Part shown: positions 12,484 through 22,100 of the stretch, piece by piece
Numbering within the stretch: the stretch's first letter is position 1
How the letters are laid out: each line of letters begins with the position of its first letter
Source of the DNA: Gemmatimonadaceae bacterium
Lineage (GTDB): Bacteria; Gemmatimonadota; Gemmatimonadetes; Gemmatimonadales; Gemmatimonadaceae
Direction of reading: 5' to 3'
Length of the DNA: 64,000 nucleotides
NCBI GenBank assembly: GCA_045803545.1
Contig: JBJMOW010000004.1
Coordinates: 928,001-992,000 of the forward strand
Notes under the pieces: generated by a model
Seen by the model: only the letters and a program-made list of their open reading frames with translations
The model's database searches: none
What the model was told of the DNA's origin: nothing
Position numbers and translations under genes: made by a program

Positions 12484-13053
12484 TTGCCAACGAACGACGC
12501 CAGTGAGCGCGCGCTACAGGAGCGTGTCCGTGGCGGTGACGAAGCCGCCTTCGACACGGTTTTCCGCGACAACTATGCTCACATGGTGCGCATGGCGGAG
12601 TCGATCATCAGAGAGCGCGCGCTCGCCGAGGAAATCGCACAGGATGTAATGTTGGAGTTATGGCGTCGACGCGAAAGCATTGAGGTAGAACAAAGCTTCC
12701 GCGCGTATCTATTGAGATCGACCCGTAATCGGGCGCTCAATCACGTGCGGCACCAGCGCATTGTGATGCGCGAAGCGACCATCGCCGCCGCCACCGCGGA
12801 ATCTGCCCGGGTTCAGTCAGCCGAAGATGAAATGCTCAGCACCGAATTGGAGCGCGCAGTGCGACTCGCGATCGCGTCGCTACCGGAGCGGGCGCGCGAG
12901 GTGTTTCAGCTCAGTCGCGACCGGGGGCTGAAGTACGCCGAGATCGCGGTGCTGCTCGACATTTCGGTGAAGACGGTGGAGAAGCGCATGGGGCTGGCGC
13001 TGGCCGAGCTCCGCGACAGACTCGCCCAGTGGATGCCGGTCCGAAGAACGTGA
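12484..13053 (+). CDS. ECF sigma-70 factor (FecI-like), divergent from fecR
   Basis: GDEAAF, AEEIAQDV, RNRALNH, region 4 LPERAREVF...YAEIA..LDISVKTVE. Confidence 0.92.
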   Translation: MPTNDASERALQERVRGGDEAAFDTVFRDNYAHMVRMAESIIRERALAEEIAQDVMLELWRRRESIEVEQSFRAYLLRSTRNRALNHVRHQRIVMREATIAAATAESARVQSAEDEMLSTELERAVRLAIASLPERAREVFQLSRDRGLKYAEIAVLLDISVKTVEKRMGLALAELRDRLAQWMPVRRT

Positions 13054-13102
13054 CGTTTCACTAACAAGGCAGTAGTGACTCTCCGCCCAGATTCCGCAGT
13101 CG

Positions 13103-13130
13103 GTAGGGTAAGCCAAGCGACGCGTGTCTG
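13103..13130 (+). promoter_or_regulatory. Putative ECF promoter GTAGGGTA-N13-GTGTCTG for the lipoprotein gene
   Basis: Matches the motif upstream of fecR; 30 nt before ATG 13160. Confidence 0.65.
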
Positions 13131-13159
13131 TTCAAACAGATCCAACCTTTGGGGAGAAC

Positions 13160-14110
13160 ATGAAGATATTTTCACGCTACATCATCGTTGTCGGCGCCGC
13201 TGTGGTCGCCGCGGCTTGCTCGGATAGCACGACGACACCCGTCACCTCGGCGTTGGCACGCGCTGCACTGGTGAGTGCGCCGATCAGCTTCGACCAAATC
13301 AATACCAGTTTTGTTGGCAGCTCAGATGCGAACGCCGGCTTTGTGCCCGGCTTCGCACAGGGCGACGGCCAATGGGGCCGGCATGACGGTGATCATGACG
13401 GCGGACCCGGCTGGACCAACCTAATGGGCGGCGGCATCGCTGATGCTTTTCGTGGGACGATTCTATTCGGCCGAGGATTCGGTAGAGGCCCCTTCGGCGA
13501 TCTTGGCAGCAGCTCGAATTGCGCGTTCTCTTCGACTGACAATCGCGTGACTTGTGCTGCGGTCGCTCGCCGCGGACTGACCGTCAATCGCTCGTTCAAA
13601 TTTCTCGATGCGTCGGGCGGCGCGCAGCAGGTGTTTGACACCGCGACTACCAACTCGGTGAACGTCCTTACGACCGTGAGCGGCACGCGCGTTCACCACG
13701 ACGGCAATGACACCAGCAGCGTCGACAGTAAGAGCGATCTCACCGTAACCGGGCTGGCAACCGGCAGCTCTCAGCGCACCGTCGACGGTACCACGAGCGG
13801 CACCGAAAACAGCAAAGGACTGACTCGTGATGGCGTCGCATTCACCTCGGTTCGTACCGCCGGCGACACTGCGACCGGCGTCGTGATTCCGTTGCAGAAT
13901 GGAAAGCCGACGTATCCAACGGCCGGAACGATCGTGCGTTCCATGCAGGCTATCGTGACACTCGCCGGTCAAACGCCAACTCAGTCCACCCGCCGAGAAG
14001 TGATCACCTTCGACGGCACCAACACGGCGCAGATCAGCGTGACGCAGGACGGCGTGACGAAGACCGGGACGCTATCACTGGTTGGGCAGGGGCTCGACTG
14101 TCACGACTAA
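13160..14110 (+). CDS. Hypothetical Thr/Gly-rich lipoprotein
   Basis: GGGGAG RBS, signal peptide ending VAAAC. Confidence 0.8.
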   Translation: MKIFSRYIIVVGAAVVAAACSDSTTTPVTSALARAALVSAPISFDQINTSFVGSSDANAGFVPGFAQGDGQWGRHDGDHDGGPGWTNLMGGGIADAFRGTILFGRGFGRGPFGDLGSSSNCAFSSTDNRVTCAAVARRGLTVNRSFKFLDASGGAQQVFDTATTNSVNVLTTVSGTRVHHDGNDTSSVDSKSDLTVTGLATGSSQRTVDGTTSGTENSKGLTRDGVAFTSVRTAGDTATGVVIPLQNGKPTYPTAGTIVRSMQAIVTLAGQTPTQSTRREVITFDGTNTAQISVTQDGVTKTGTLSLVGQGLDCHD

Positions 14111-14114
14111 CCCA

Positions 14115-14459
14115 TCAAGCAGCGCTCTCGTCCACCTTGGCGATGCGCTTCGCTTTCTCGCAAAGCGCGCGAAGCTCGCCCTGGCTCATCGTCTCCCATT
14201 GCGATGGGATCGGTAGGAGGCGGCGTTTCTCGGTGAGAGATTCGAAGGTGAGCCAGCCGCTGCCGTAACCTTCGGCGAGCGTGATGCGGCGCTGACTTGT
14301 GATGCGGCGATCGTGTCCGCTACGGCGTTCCGTCTCGCGCCATGGGAAAAGTCGGGGCTTGCGCCGATCGACCATCGTCCGCCGTTCGACTCTGCTCGGC
14401 TGGGAATCCCACACCTGCCAGTAGGCCCCGTCTCTGTCTACAAAAGTTCGATAGCCCAT
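14115..14459 (-). CDS. Hypothetical protein with tandem ERR-x3-DRR motifs
   Basis: GAGGT RBS; RTFVDRDG..WQVWD and GWLTFE..EKRRL.PIP..W segments. Confidence 0.75.
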   Translation of the reverse strand: MGYRTFVDRDGAYWQVWDSQPSRVERRTMVDRRKPRLFPWRETERRSGHDRRITSQRRITLAEGYGSGWLTFESLTEKRRLLPIPSQWETMSQGELRALCEKAKRIAKVDESAA

Positions 14460-14585
14460 CTATCTATTACCTCACGCGGGGACGCACGCGGTCAAACTCA
14501 AACGGCGCTGCAGGAAAAATGCCAAATTACGCTTTGCTGACACGTCGTAAAGATATGTTTCCCAATGGGTTAAACCCTATAGTAT

Positions 14586-16127
14586 TTACCTCCCGAAGCT
14601 CGCCAAAGTTTCGCTCATTACGTCGATCATTGATTTCGCCGTCCAGCGATCCCGTCCGTTGTAGAGGAATGAAAAAGCGAGCACCTCGCCGTTGACCGCA
14701 GTTACATAACCCGCCAGCGCGATAACGTCATTGGTAGTACCCGTTTTGGCGTGAAGATTCCCCTCGGCGGGAGTGTTCCTCATCCGCCGCTTGAGGAGTT
14801 CAGAATCGCCTGCGACAGGCAATGAGGAGTGCAGCCACGGGCCCCATGAAGCGCGATGAGCGTAGCCCAGCAGTTGTACCTGCGCCCTCGGCGTGACTCG
14901 ATCGATAGTCGAAAGACCGCTCCCATCGGAGAAGATCAGCTTGCTCGTGTCCGCGCCGACCTTACTTGCGAAGAAAGATTTCAACAGGCTACTGCCGTTG
15001 GCTACCGAGCCAATAGTGTCTCGTTGTAGCCCCCTTGCTGCGTCGCGAAAGAAGAGTTCCGCGTAAATATTGATGCTCTCACGGTTCATTGCTGCAATCA
15101 TGCTCGCTAGCGGCGGCGAAAGCAGGCTTGCCACCTTCACGGCGCTCGCCGGCGTCCTGCCGAGCTTGATATCGCCGTCGACTTTGATTCCGCGAGCTGT
15201 CAGCGCATCGCGCAACGCGCCCGTGGCGAACGATGCCGGATCCTCGACGATGTAGACGTAGCGGCGGGTTCCAGTGCGTGAGCCGATTGAGCCGTTGGCA
15301 GTAATCGCTCCGTTGCTCGCCTTTCTGAATCCAAGTCGAGCCCCGCCACCGGCAACGGTGCGTACGTTCGCCACCAAAGGAATTGCGCTCGATGAAGGCT
15401 CGAGCGTCACTTTCGCCTGTTGTCCGGGCGAAGTCGGCGTTACCGCCACGGCGACCAGATTCTCGTTGAGCGACAGCGCTGAGATGCGGGCCGCATATGA
15501 CGCCTGGAGGTAGCGCGATAGCCAGCCCTCGGGCACTTTCTGATCGTCGAACCCGGTTGCATCACCGATGACGCTGCCAGTGATATGCTTGATCCCCTTC
15601 GATGCGACGAGATCGGCGAGGCGGTTCATCGGCGCTGACGGCCCACCGGGCAGGAACTTTCCGGAAAGGGCAGGATCGCCATCACCTCTCAGATAGATAT
15701 TTCCCGCGAGGGTTCCATCCGGACCGACCGGCCCATCGCGCAGCGCGTCAGTGCTGAATTGATAGTTGGGCCCGAACCGCTCGAACGCGATCGCGCTCGT
15801 CAGCAGCTTCATCGTCGAGGCGGGCAGCATTTGCTCGCCCGCGTTCTGTGCGAAGAGCGTGTCACCTCGCGTCAGCGACGTCACCATCACGCCCCAGTCA
15901 CCGCCCCTCGTGCGCGAGATCAGACCGGAGAGCGAGGATGCCAGGTCCTCAGGGCTGCGCGCCAACGTGTAACGCACCGCTGGAGCGGCCGGGACCGCAT
16001 TGCGCGGCGGGCGGCGCACGCGCCGACGAGTGGTTTTTTTTGTTTGTTGGGTTTCGATCAGCGAGGGCGCAGCGGTGAGCGCAGTCAACGCCAGTAGAAC
16101 AGCGATGCGTATTTTACGGGAGAACAT
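14586..16127 (-). CDS. dacB: D-alanyl-D-alanine carboxypeptidase/endopeptidase (PBP4, S13)
   Basis: PASTMK (SxxK), ESIN (SxN), DGSGLS, AKTGT. Confidence 0.93.
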   Translation of the reverse strand: MFSRKIRIAVLLALTALTAAPSLIETQQTKKTTRRRVRRPPRNAVPAAPAVRYTLARSPEDLASSLSGLISRTRGGDWGVMVTSLTRGDTLFAQNAGEQMLPASTMKLLTSAIAFERFGPNYQFSTDALRDGPVGPDGTLAGNIYLRGDGDPALSGKFLPGGPSAPMNRLADLVASKGIKHITGSVIGDATGFDDQKVPEGWLSRYLQASYAARISALSLNENLVAVAVTPTSPGQQAKVTLEPSSSAIPLVANVRTVAGGGARLGFRKASNGAITANGSIGSRTGTRRYVYIVEDPASFATGALRDALTARGIKVDGDIKLGRTPASAVKVASLLSPPLASMIAAMNRESINIYAELFFRDAARGLQRDTIGSVANGSSLLKSFFASKVGADTSKLIFSDGSGLSTIDRVTPRAQVQLLGYAHRASWGPWLHSSLPVAGDSELLKRRMRNTPAEGNLHAKTGTTNDVIALAGYVTAVNGEVLAFSFLYNGRDRWTAKSMIDVMSETLASFGR

Positions 16128-16317
16128 CTTCGATCATTACACTTTTTGACCAGAGGAGCGTGAACATTCTCTGATGGCTAGAAGGGTGCCACGCTCTCGC
16201 CTCCGCTGAGGATTCGCGCGCGACGATGTTCGCTTGGAATATAGTCGGAGCATAAGTATTTTCTCCGAAGCAGGAACCGCACATTCGCGGACAGCTCTCC
16301 TTCGATAGAGGGAATCA

Positions 16318-16818
16318 ATGGCTGAACGGCCGCACAATTTTCTGCGCGAAGGCATTGTCACCGGCTTCATCGGCGGCACTGCGATCGCGATCTGGTTCCT
16401 GATCGTCGACACGATCGCAGGTCATCCCTTTTACACCCCGATCTTCCTCGGCAAGGGCGTCGTCAGCGTGCTGGGCAAAAACATGATGGGCGATACGGCG
16501 TTCACGCACGTCCTTGGCTACACCATTTTCCACTATCTCGCGTTCTTCATCGTCGGCATCCTGCTGACGGTGATCGTCCACCAGGCTGAGCGCACGCCGG
16601 GGATTCTGGCCGGTCTGCTCGTAGCCTTCGTGATGATGACCCTCGGCTTCTACATGATCGCCGCGGTGTTTACCCAATCGGCGCTGGGCGGGATGTCGTG
16701 GGTGAACATCTTCATCGCCAACCTGTTGGCCTCAAGCCTGATGCTCTGGTATCTGTGGCGGAAGCATCCGCGTCTGGATGCCAATCTCAGAAGGGCGCTC
16801 GAAGGAACAGACGACTAG
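16318..16818 (+). CDS. Hypothetical four-TM membrane protein
   Basis: GAGGG RBS, four hydrophobic segments. Confidence 0.75.
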   Translation: MAERPHNFLREGIVTGFIGGTAIAIWFLIVDTIAGHPFYTPIFLGKGVVSVLGKNMMGDTAFTHVLGYTIFHYLAFFIVGILLTVIVHQAERTPGILAGLLVAFVMMTLGFYMIAAVFTQSALGGMSWVNIFIANLLASSLMLWYLWRKHPRLDANLRRALEGTDD

Positions 16819-17648
16819 GCGGTCGACGGCTTCCAGTCCACCTGCGCGCCCGCGGTCGAGTCCTCGCCGCGGGCGTTCCATTTGAAAAAGATCACGGTCA
16901 TGATGATCATGAAGATGATCCCGCCCGGGATCCACATGATCAGTGCGCCTAACAGCTGATCCTCGAGGGGCGTTAGCGGTAAAACGCGGGGCGCAGCGTC
17001 GTATGCGGGATACAGCACGTGGTCCGCCATCGCGATATAGACCGCGACGATCGACATCGGGATGCTCATCAAAAAGCTGTAGAGCATCTGCCCGGGATAC
17101 GCGAGGCGGGGAAACTCGGGCAGCTGACTGAGTAGCGGCCACCACATCAATACTGCCGCCGCCATGAACATCAAATGCTCTACGATGTGCAGGCTGTGAT
17201 GCGCCATCGCCGCGTTGTAGAACGGCGGCAAATGCCAGAACGCGATGGTCAGGTTAAAGACGACGAACGCGACCTTGGCGCGAGTGAAGAACTGCGCCAA
17301 GGGCCTGATCCCCCGACGAGATAAAACCGGACGCAACATCCAGCCGGGAGTGCCGGCGAGAAGAAGCGGTGGAATCGCCAGCGTCAGCAGCAGGTGCTGC
17401 ACCATGTGCGCGCTGAACAGGTAATCGTCGCTCAGGTCGTGGATCGGACCGTTGAGCGTCGCGAACATCACCAGAAGGCCACTGACGAAGAAAATCTTCT
17501 GGGCGTCGGTGGGAGATCGACGCAGCCTGTATGATACCCAAATGTAGAGTGCGCCAAGCGCCGCGATGCCGATGACCGTACTCGGGTGAATCGACCATCG
17601 CCACCAGCTCAGATTGGCAATGGGATGCAGCAGCGCCAGCGCCAGCAT
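16815..17648 (-). CDS. ctaG: caa3-type cytochrome c oxidase assembly factor
   Basis: LFSAHMVQHLLL, WHLP, HIVEH, DQLLGALIMWIPG. Confidence 0.9.
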   Translation of the reverse strand: MLALALLHPIANLSWWRWSIHPSTVIGIAALGALYIWVSYRLRRSPTDAQKIFFVSGLLVMFATLNGPIHDLSDDYLFSAHMVQHLLLTLAIPPLLLAGTPGWMLRPVLSRRGIRPLAQFFTRAKVAFVVFNLTIAFWHLPPFYNAAMAHHSLHIVEHLMFMAAAVLMWWPLLSQLPEFPRLAYPGQMLYSFLMSIPMSIVAVYIAMADHVLYPAYDAAPRVLPLTPLEDQLLGALIMWIPGGIIFMIIMTVIFFKWNARGEDSTAGAQVDWKPSTA

Positions 17649-17649
17649 A

Positions 17650-18012
17650 CTACGTGATTCTTATGAACAAGTGGCCGAAGAGGAACATCAGCGCCAGGAG
17701 TGTCAGCGCTGCGATCAGCAACGGGCCCGTGAACAAAACGCGGAAGAGCCGGTGATCGTACTTGAGGTGCATGTAGAACATCACCACGATCGCAAACTTG
17801 ACCGCCGAAAGAATCAGCAGGGTCGGGACAAACCCTCGCGACGCGACGAACGACGGGATGTAATACGCCCACACTTCGCCGACCGTGATAATCGTGAGAA
17901 TGAGTGCGACCTTCCAGTAGGTCGACCACGTGGGATGCTCGTGCTCTACTTCGCTTGTCGGCGCGTGGAGCGAGGCTTCAGCGGAATCGGGGGCGGCGGC
18001 GTGAGTGTCCAT
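17650..18012 (-). CDS. ctaF: Cytochrome c oxidase subunit IV
   Basis: KFAIVVMFYMHLKYD; position in the cta operon. Confidence 0.85.
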   Translation of the reverse strand: MDTHAAAPDSAEASLHAPTSEVEHEHPTWSTYWKVALILTIITVGEVWAYYIPSFVASRGFVPTLLILSAVKFAIVVMFYMHLKYDHRLFRVLFTGPLLIAALTLLALMFLFGHLFIRIT

Positions 18013-18022
18013 CGTTTTGCCG

Positions 18023-18712
18023 TTACTTGATTAGGTAGACGAGAGTAAAAATCGCGATCCAGACGACGTCGACGAAGTGCCAGTACAGCGCACAGATGTC
18101 GACGAGCAGCGAATCCTTCGACGTCAGGTTGCGACGGTAATCGATCGCCAGCATGGTGCACAGCCACAGCACACCGGCAGTGACGTGTGCGCCGTGGAAG
18201 CCGGTCAGCGTGAAGAAGGTCGAGCCGAAGAGATTTCGTCTGATCGACAGGCCTTCGTGCACGAAGGAAGTGAACTCGTAGGCCTGGAAACCAAGGAAAG
18301 TGGCGCCGGCGAGGGCGGTCATGAAGAGCCATAGCCTGGAGTTTCCGAGAATCCGTTCGCCGGTCGTGCGCTTCGGCAGCTCTTTGTTCTGGACCGCGGC
18401 CAGCGCCAGCACCATGAACAGTGACGACATCAGCAACACGAACGTAGATGCCGACGTCACCGGGATGTTCAGAATCGGCTTGAAGACCTGACCGGTGCTC
18501 GGATCGGTCCACGCCTCGTGTGGAAACGGACCGATGACGCTGCGTCCCTTATAAATCAGATACGTCGATATCAGCGACACGAACAGCATGCACTCTGAGC
18601 CGATGAACGCCCAGATCGCGACCTTGCGGCTGTCCAAGCCGAGAGTCGTGTAGTGATGGTGCGCAGGCGCGCTGGTGTGCACAACGCCGCTCGTGTGAGC
18701 TGCTGTTGCCAT
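18023..18712 (-). CDS. ctaE: Cytochrome c oxidase subunit III
   Basis: FIGSEC, TGFHGAHV, LYWHFVDVVW. Confidence 0.93.
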   Translation of the reverse strand: MATAAHTSGVVHTSAPAHHHYTTLGLDSRKVAIWAFIGSECMLFVSLISTYLIYKGRSVIGPFPHEAWTDPSTGQVFKPILNIPVTSASTFVLLMSSLFMVLALAAVQNKELPKRTTGERILGNSRLWLFMTALAGATFLGFQAYEFTSFVHEGLSIRRNLFGSTFFTLTGFHGAHVTAGVLWLCTMLAIDYRRNLTSKDSLLVDICALYWHFVDVVWIAIFTLVYLIK

Positions 18713-20565
18713 TAGTGGTGCTCCGGCTCGAGCGGGCTAAGCAGCCAGCTGTAAAGTGAGAGAATCATCGTCGCCGCGCCGACGGCGATGAGTGCCTTGG
18801 TCCAGATCAGTCCGCAGAACATCACCACCAATCCGAGAGCGACGAATAGCGGCTTGATGGTGCTGTAGGGAATGATGATGCCGAGCTCGTCGGCGGTCTT
18901 ACCCGTTTGCGAATTGATGCGCGCGCTCTCGTGGTCGGCTTCCTTGCCCTCCCACAACGGATAACGCGATGTCACGGTCGGGATCTTGGCGAAGTTATAC
19001 TCGGGTGGCGGACTGGGGATCGTCCACTCCAGAGTGCCGGCACCCCACGGGTTCGAGCCAGCGATCTCACCACTGCGGCGGCTCTTGAAGAAGTTGTAAA
19101 TGAAGAAGAGCATCGCGATCGGGAAAATCATCGCGCCCGCCGTCGACATCGCGTTGTACAGATCCCATCCCTGTCCGGAATCGTAGGTGTAGATGCGGCG
19201 TGGCATGCCGAGCATTCCCGAGAAATGCATCGGGAAGAAAGTGAGATTCATGGCGATGAACATCAGCCAGAAATGCCACTTGCCGAGCTTCTCGTCCATC
19301 AATCTTCCGGTGATCTTCGGGAAGTAGTGGTAGATGCCGGCGAAGATGCCCATAATCGAGCCGCCGAAGAGCACGTAATGGAAGTGCGCGACGATGAAGT
19401 AGGTGTCGGTCTGCTGCAGGTCGGCGGGCGGCGACGAGTGCATGATGCCGGAGATACCGCCAATCGTAAACAGTCCGACGAGTGCGATCGCGAAAAGCAT
19501 CGCTGTGTTGTAGCGATTTGAGCCCTGTGCCATCGTCGCGACCCAGTTGAAGATCTTTACGCCCGTCGGAATAGCGATCAGCATCGTCGCCAACCCGAAG
19601 AACGTATCGGCGATCGGACCCATACCTACCGCGAACATGTGATGCGCCCAGACTCCAAATCCCAACACGCCGATCAGGATGCCCGAATACACCATCACCG
19701 GATATCCGAATAGCGGCTTCTTCGCGTTGACCGGAATGACTTCCGAGACTAGTCCGAACGCCGGCAGAATCAGGATGTAGACCTCCGGGTGACCGAAGAT
19801 CCAGAACAGGTGCTGCCATAGCAGCGGATCGGCGCCGGCGCTGACCGTATTGTAGAAATTGGTGCCGAAGAATCGATCGAAGAGCAGGAAGACCAGCGCG
19901 ATGGTGATTACCGGGAACGCCAGCACCAGCAGCACCTGAACGACGAATGCCATCCATGTGAACATCGGCATCCGCATCAGCGACATGCCCGGCGCGCGGA
20001 GGTTGATGATCGTCGTCAGGAAGTTGAAAGCGGCCGCCAGCGACGAGATGCCGAGGATCTGCAGACCGATGACCCAGAAATCGATGTTGAGTCCGGGCGA
20101 ATACGCTTTCGTCGTCAGCGGAGCGTAGCCGAACCATCCGCCATTGGGCGCGACGGCAAAGAAGATCGGAATGGTGATGAAGAGTCCACCAAACAAATAG
20201 ACCCAGTAGCTGAACGCATTCAGTCGCGGGAAGGCGACATCGCGTGCACCGAGCTGTAGTGGAATCAGGAAGTTGAAGAACGCAGCCGAAAGTGGCATGA
20301 TCGCGAGGAAGATCATGGTCGTCCCGTGCATCGTGAAAAGCTGATTGTAGAACTCGGCGCTGACTAAATGCTGGTTCGGTGCACCAAGTTGCGCGCGGAT
20401 GACTACCGCTTCGATACCCCCGAAAACGAAGAAGCCAAGCGCGGTGTAGAGGTAGAGCACACCGATGCGCTTATGATCGACGGTGGTCAGCCAGGCCCAG
20501 AGCCCGTTGTGCTCACCAGGGTACTCAGCGGCGTGCGCCGGGGCGTGGATTGCAGTGGTTGCCAA
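18712..20565 (-). CDS. ctaD: Cytochrome c oxidase subunit I (A1 type)
   Basis: TVDHKRIG, TMHGT, GHPEVY, WAHHM, VAHFHY, GMPRR. Confidence 0.97.
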   Translation of the reverse strand: MATTAIHAPAHAAEYPGEHNGLWAWLTTVDHKRIGVLYLYTALGFFVFGGIEAVVIRAQLGAPNQHLVSAEFYNQLFTMHGTTMIFLAIMPLSAAFFNFLIPLQLGARDVAFPRLNAFSYWVYLFGGLFITIPIFFAVAPNGGWFGYAPLTTKAYSPGLNIDFWVIGLQILGISSLAAAFNFLTTIINLRAPGMSLMRMPMFTWMAFVVQVLLVLAFPVITIALVFLLFDRFFGTNFYNTVSAGADPLLWQHLFWIFGHPEVYILILPAFGLVSEVIPVNAKKPLFGYPVMVYSGILIGVLGFGVWAHHMFAVGMGPIADTFFGLATMLIAIPTGVKIFNWVATMAQGSNRYNTAMLFAIALVGLFTIGGISGIMHSSPPADLQQTDTYFIVAHFHYVLFGGSIMGIFAGIYHYFPKITGRLMDEKLGKWHFWLMFIAMNLTFFPMHFSGMLGMPRRIYTYDSGQGWDLYNAMSTAGAMIFPIAMLFFIYNFFKSRRSGEIAGSNPWGAGTLEWTIPSPPPEYNFAKIPTVTSRYPLWEGKEADHESARINSQTGKTADELGIIIPYSTIKPLFVALGLVVMFCGLIWTKALIAVGAATMILSLYSWLLSPLEPEHH

Positions 20566-20578
20566 GACTGGTCTCCGA

Positions 20579-22015
20579 TTACTTCAGTGCAGTGAGATAA
20601 GCAACGATGTCGGCGATCTGTTGATCGGTGAGTCCACCGTTCGCCGAGGTCACTTTCGCTTTCAGAACAGGATCGTACTCGTCCATGCCGAGTGTCGGCA
20701 TCAGGACGTCGGGTTTCATCTTGCGCGCGTTCTTGATCCAGAGCGCGAGATAAGCCGCTGTGTTCGGATATCGGCCAGCGGCGATCGTGCTGCGCGATCC
20801 GACGTGCGTGAGGTTCGGTCCCGTCACGCCCATCGCCATTGGATTGCCGGCGATCGAGTGACAGCCGATGCACGCAGCACCGGAAAAGACCTGCTTGCCG
20901 CGTGCCGCATTACCCGTCAGACCGGCAGTGAAATTCAAATCGCCCGGCGGCGGCGCGTGCGGAATAGCGTAAGAGGGAATCTTGTCGCGCGGGAAGTAGT
21001 AGCCCGGCGCGAGCGCCGCCCCGCTCATCGAGACATTTTGCGCTACGCCCCGCGCCGTGGTCTGCGCACCCGGGTTTGCTTCCGGGTTCTGCGGACGCGG
21101 GATCGCCGGTTGGGTACCTCCGACTCCCTGAGTGCCCGAGCTCGTTTGTGCGACGCGCTGGGCTGCGGCTTGTGCTGCCGAAGTCGGTCCCTGCGTACCG
21201 CCCGGCGTCGTCACGATTGCGCCTTCGCGCGGCGGAGGAATCGGACCACCAGCGGGTGGCGTCGGACCAACGGCTCCAAACCGCGCCGGCATTTTTTGTC
21301 CGGCGACCCACGAGTCAAACTGCTGCTGGGTAACGGTAAATACCCGGAAGCGCATGTTGGCGTGCGACGATCCGCAGTACTCGACACAGAAACCGTTCCA
21401 GACATCACCGGCGATTGTGGTGTCCGGCGTATACCAGATGTAGTTGGTGCGGTTCGTGACGACATCGCGCTTGCCGCCCAGCTCCGGTGTCCAGAACGAG
21501 TGAATGACGTCGGCAGAGCGGAGGCGGAAATTCACCGTGCGTCCGACTGGCAGATAGATCTCGTTCGCCGTTGTGACACCGTACTCGGGATAACGGAATT
21601 CCCACCACCACTGGTGTCCGGTGACATCGATGTTCAGGGAGCCCGGCGCCGCCTGGGCTTGAGTGATGAAAATCGTCTTTACCGTCGGCACCGCGATGAA
21701 AACCAGAATCACCGCCGGGATCAGCGTCCAGGCAATTTCCAGTTTGGTGTTGCCATGGGTTTGCGGTGGTGTTGCCTGGTTCTCACGCCGACGGTAGCGG
21801 ATGACGACGTAGAGCAACGCTCCTTCGACGAGAACAAAGACGATGGTGCCGAGGAGAAGCAGTCGGTCCCACAGGAAATCGATTTCGCGTCCGAAATCGG
21901 AATGTGGGGTGAGGGTACTGTTGGGGTGTGCTTCGTTACAGGAGGCGGCTGCGACAGCTAACGCGGCGACCAGCGCGAACGACGCAAGCCGCCTCAGGCG
22001 GTCAGAACCTTTCAT
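20579..22015 (-). CDS. ctaC: Cytochrome c oxidase subunit II with C-terminal cytochrome c
   Basis: Lipobox AAASC, GHQWWW, DVIHSF, CuA motif CVEYCGSSHANM, heme motif CIGCH; start ATG 22015 or TTG 22057. Confidence 0.95.
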   Translation of the reverse strand: MKGSDRLRRLASFALVAALAVAAASCNEAHPNSTLTPHSDFGREIDFLWDRLLLLGTIVFVLVEGALLYVVIRYRRRENQATPPQTHGNTKLEIAWTLIPAVILVFIAVPTVKTIFITQAQAAPGSLNIDVTGHQWWWEFRYPEYGVTTANEIYLPVGRTVNFRLRSADVIHSFWTPELGGKRDVVTNRTNYIWYTPDTTIAGDVWNGFCVEYCGSSHANMRFRVFTVTQQQFDSWVAGQKMPARFGAVGPTPPAGGPIPPPREGAIVTTPGGTQGPTSAAQAAAQRVAQTSSGTQGVGGTQPAIPRPQNPEANPGAQTTARGVAQNVSMSGAALAPGYYFPRDKIPSYAIPHAPPPGDLNFTAGLTGNAARGKQVFSGAACIGCHSIAGNPMAMGVTGPNLTHVGSRSTIAAGRYPNTAAYLALWIKNARKMKPDVLMPTLGMDEYDPVLKAKVTSANGGLTDQQIADIVAYLTALK

Positions 22016-22060
22016 GGGGGACAAACTAATCCCGCAGTGAGTCTTGTGGGAGGGCAAAGA

Positions 22061-22100
22061 GGGATGAGGGATCGGCGGATGCGCTCGCCTCCCTCATCCT
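22061..22100. other. Hairpin at the aspA stop codon
   Basis: GGGATGAGGGA...TCCCTCATCCT stem. Confidence 0.5.

Noticed and set aside
16130..16317. Possible ncRNA between dacB and the membrane protein gene
   Set aside because: No recognisable motif or strong structure; adequately explained as a divergent promoter region.
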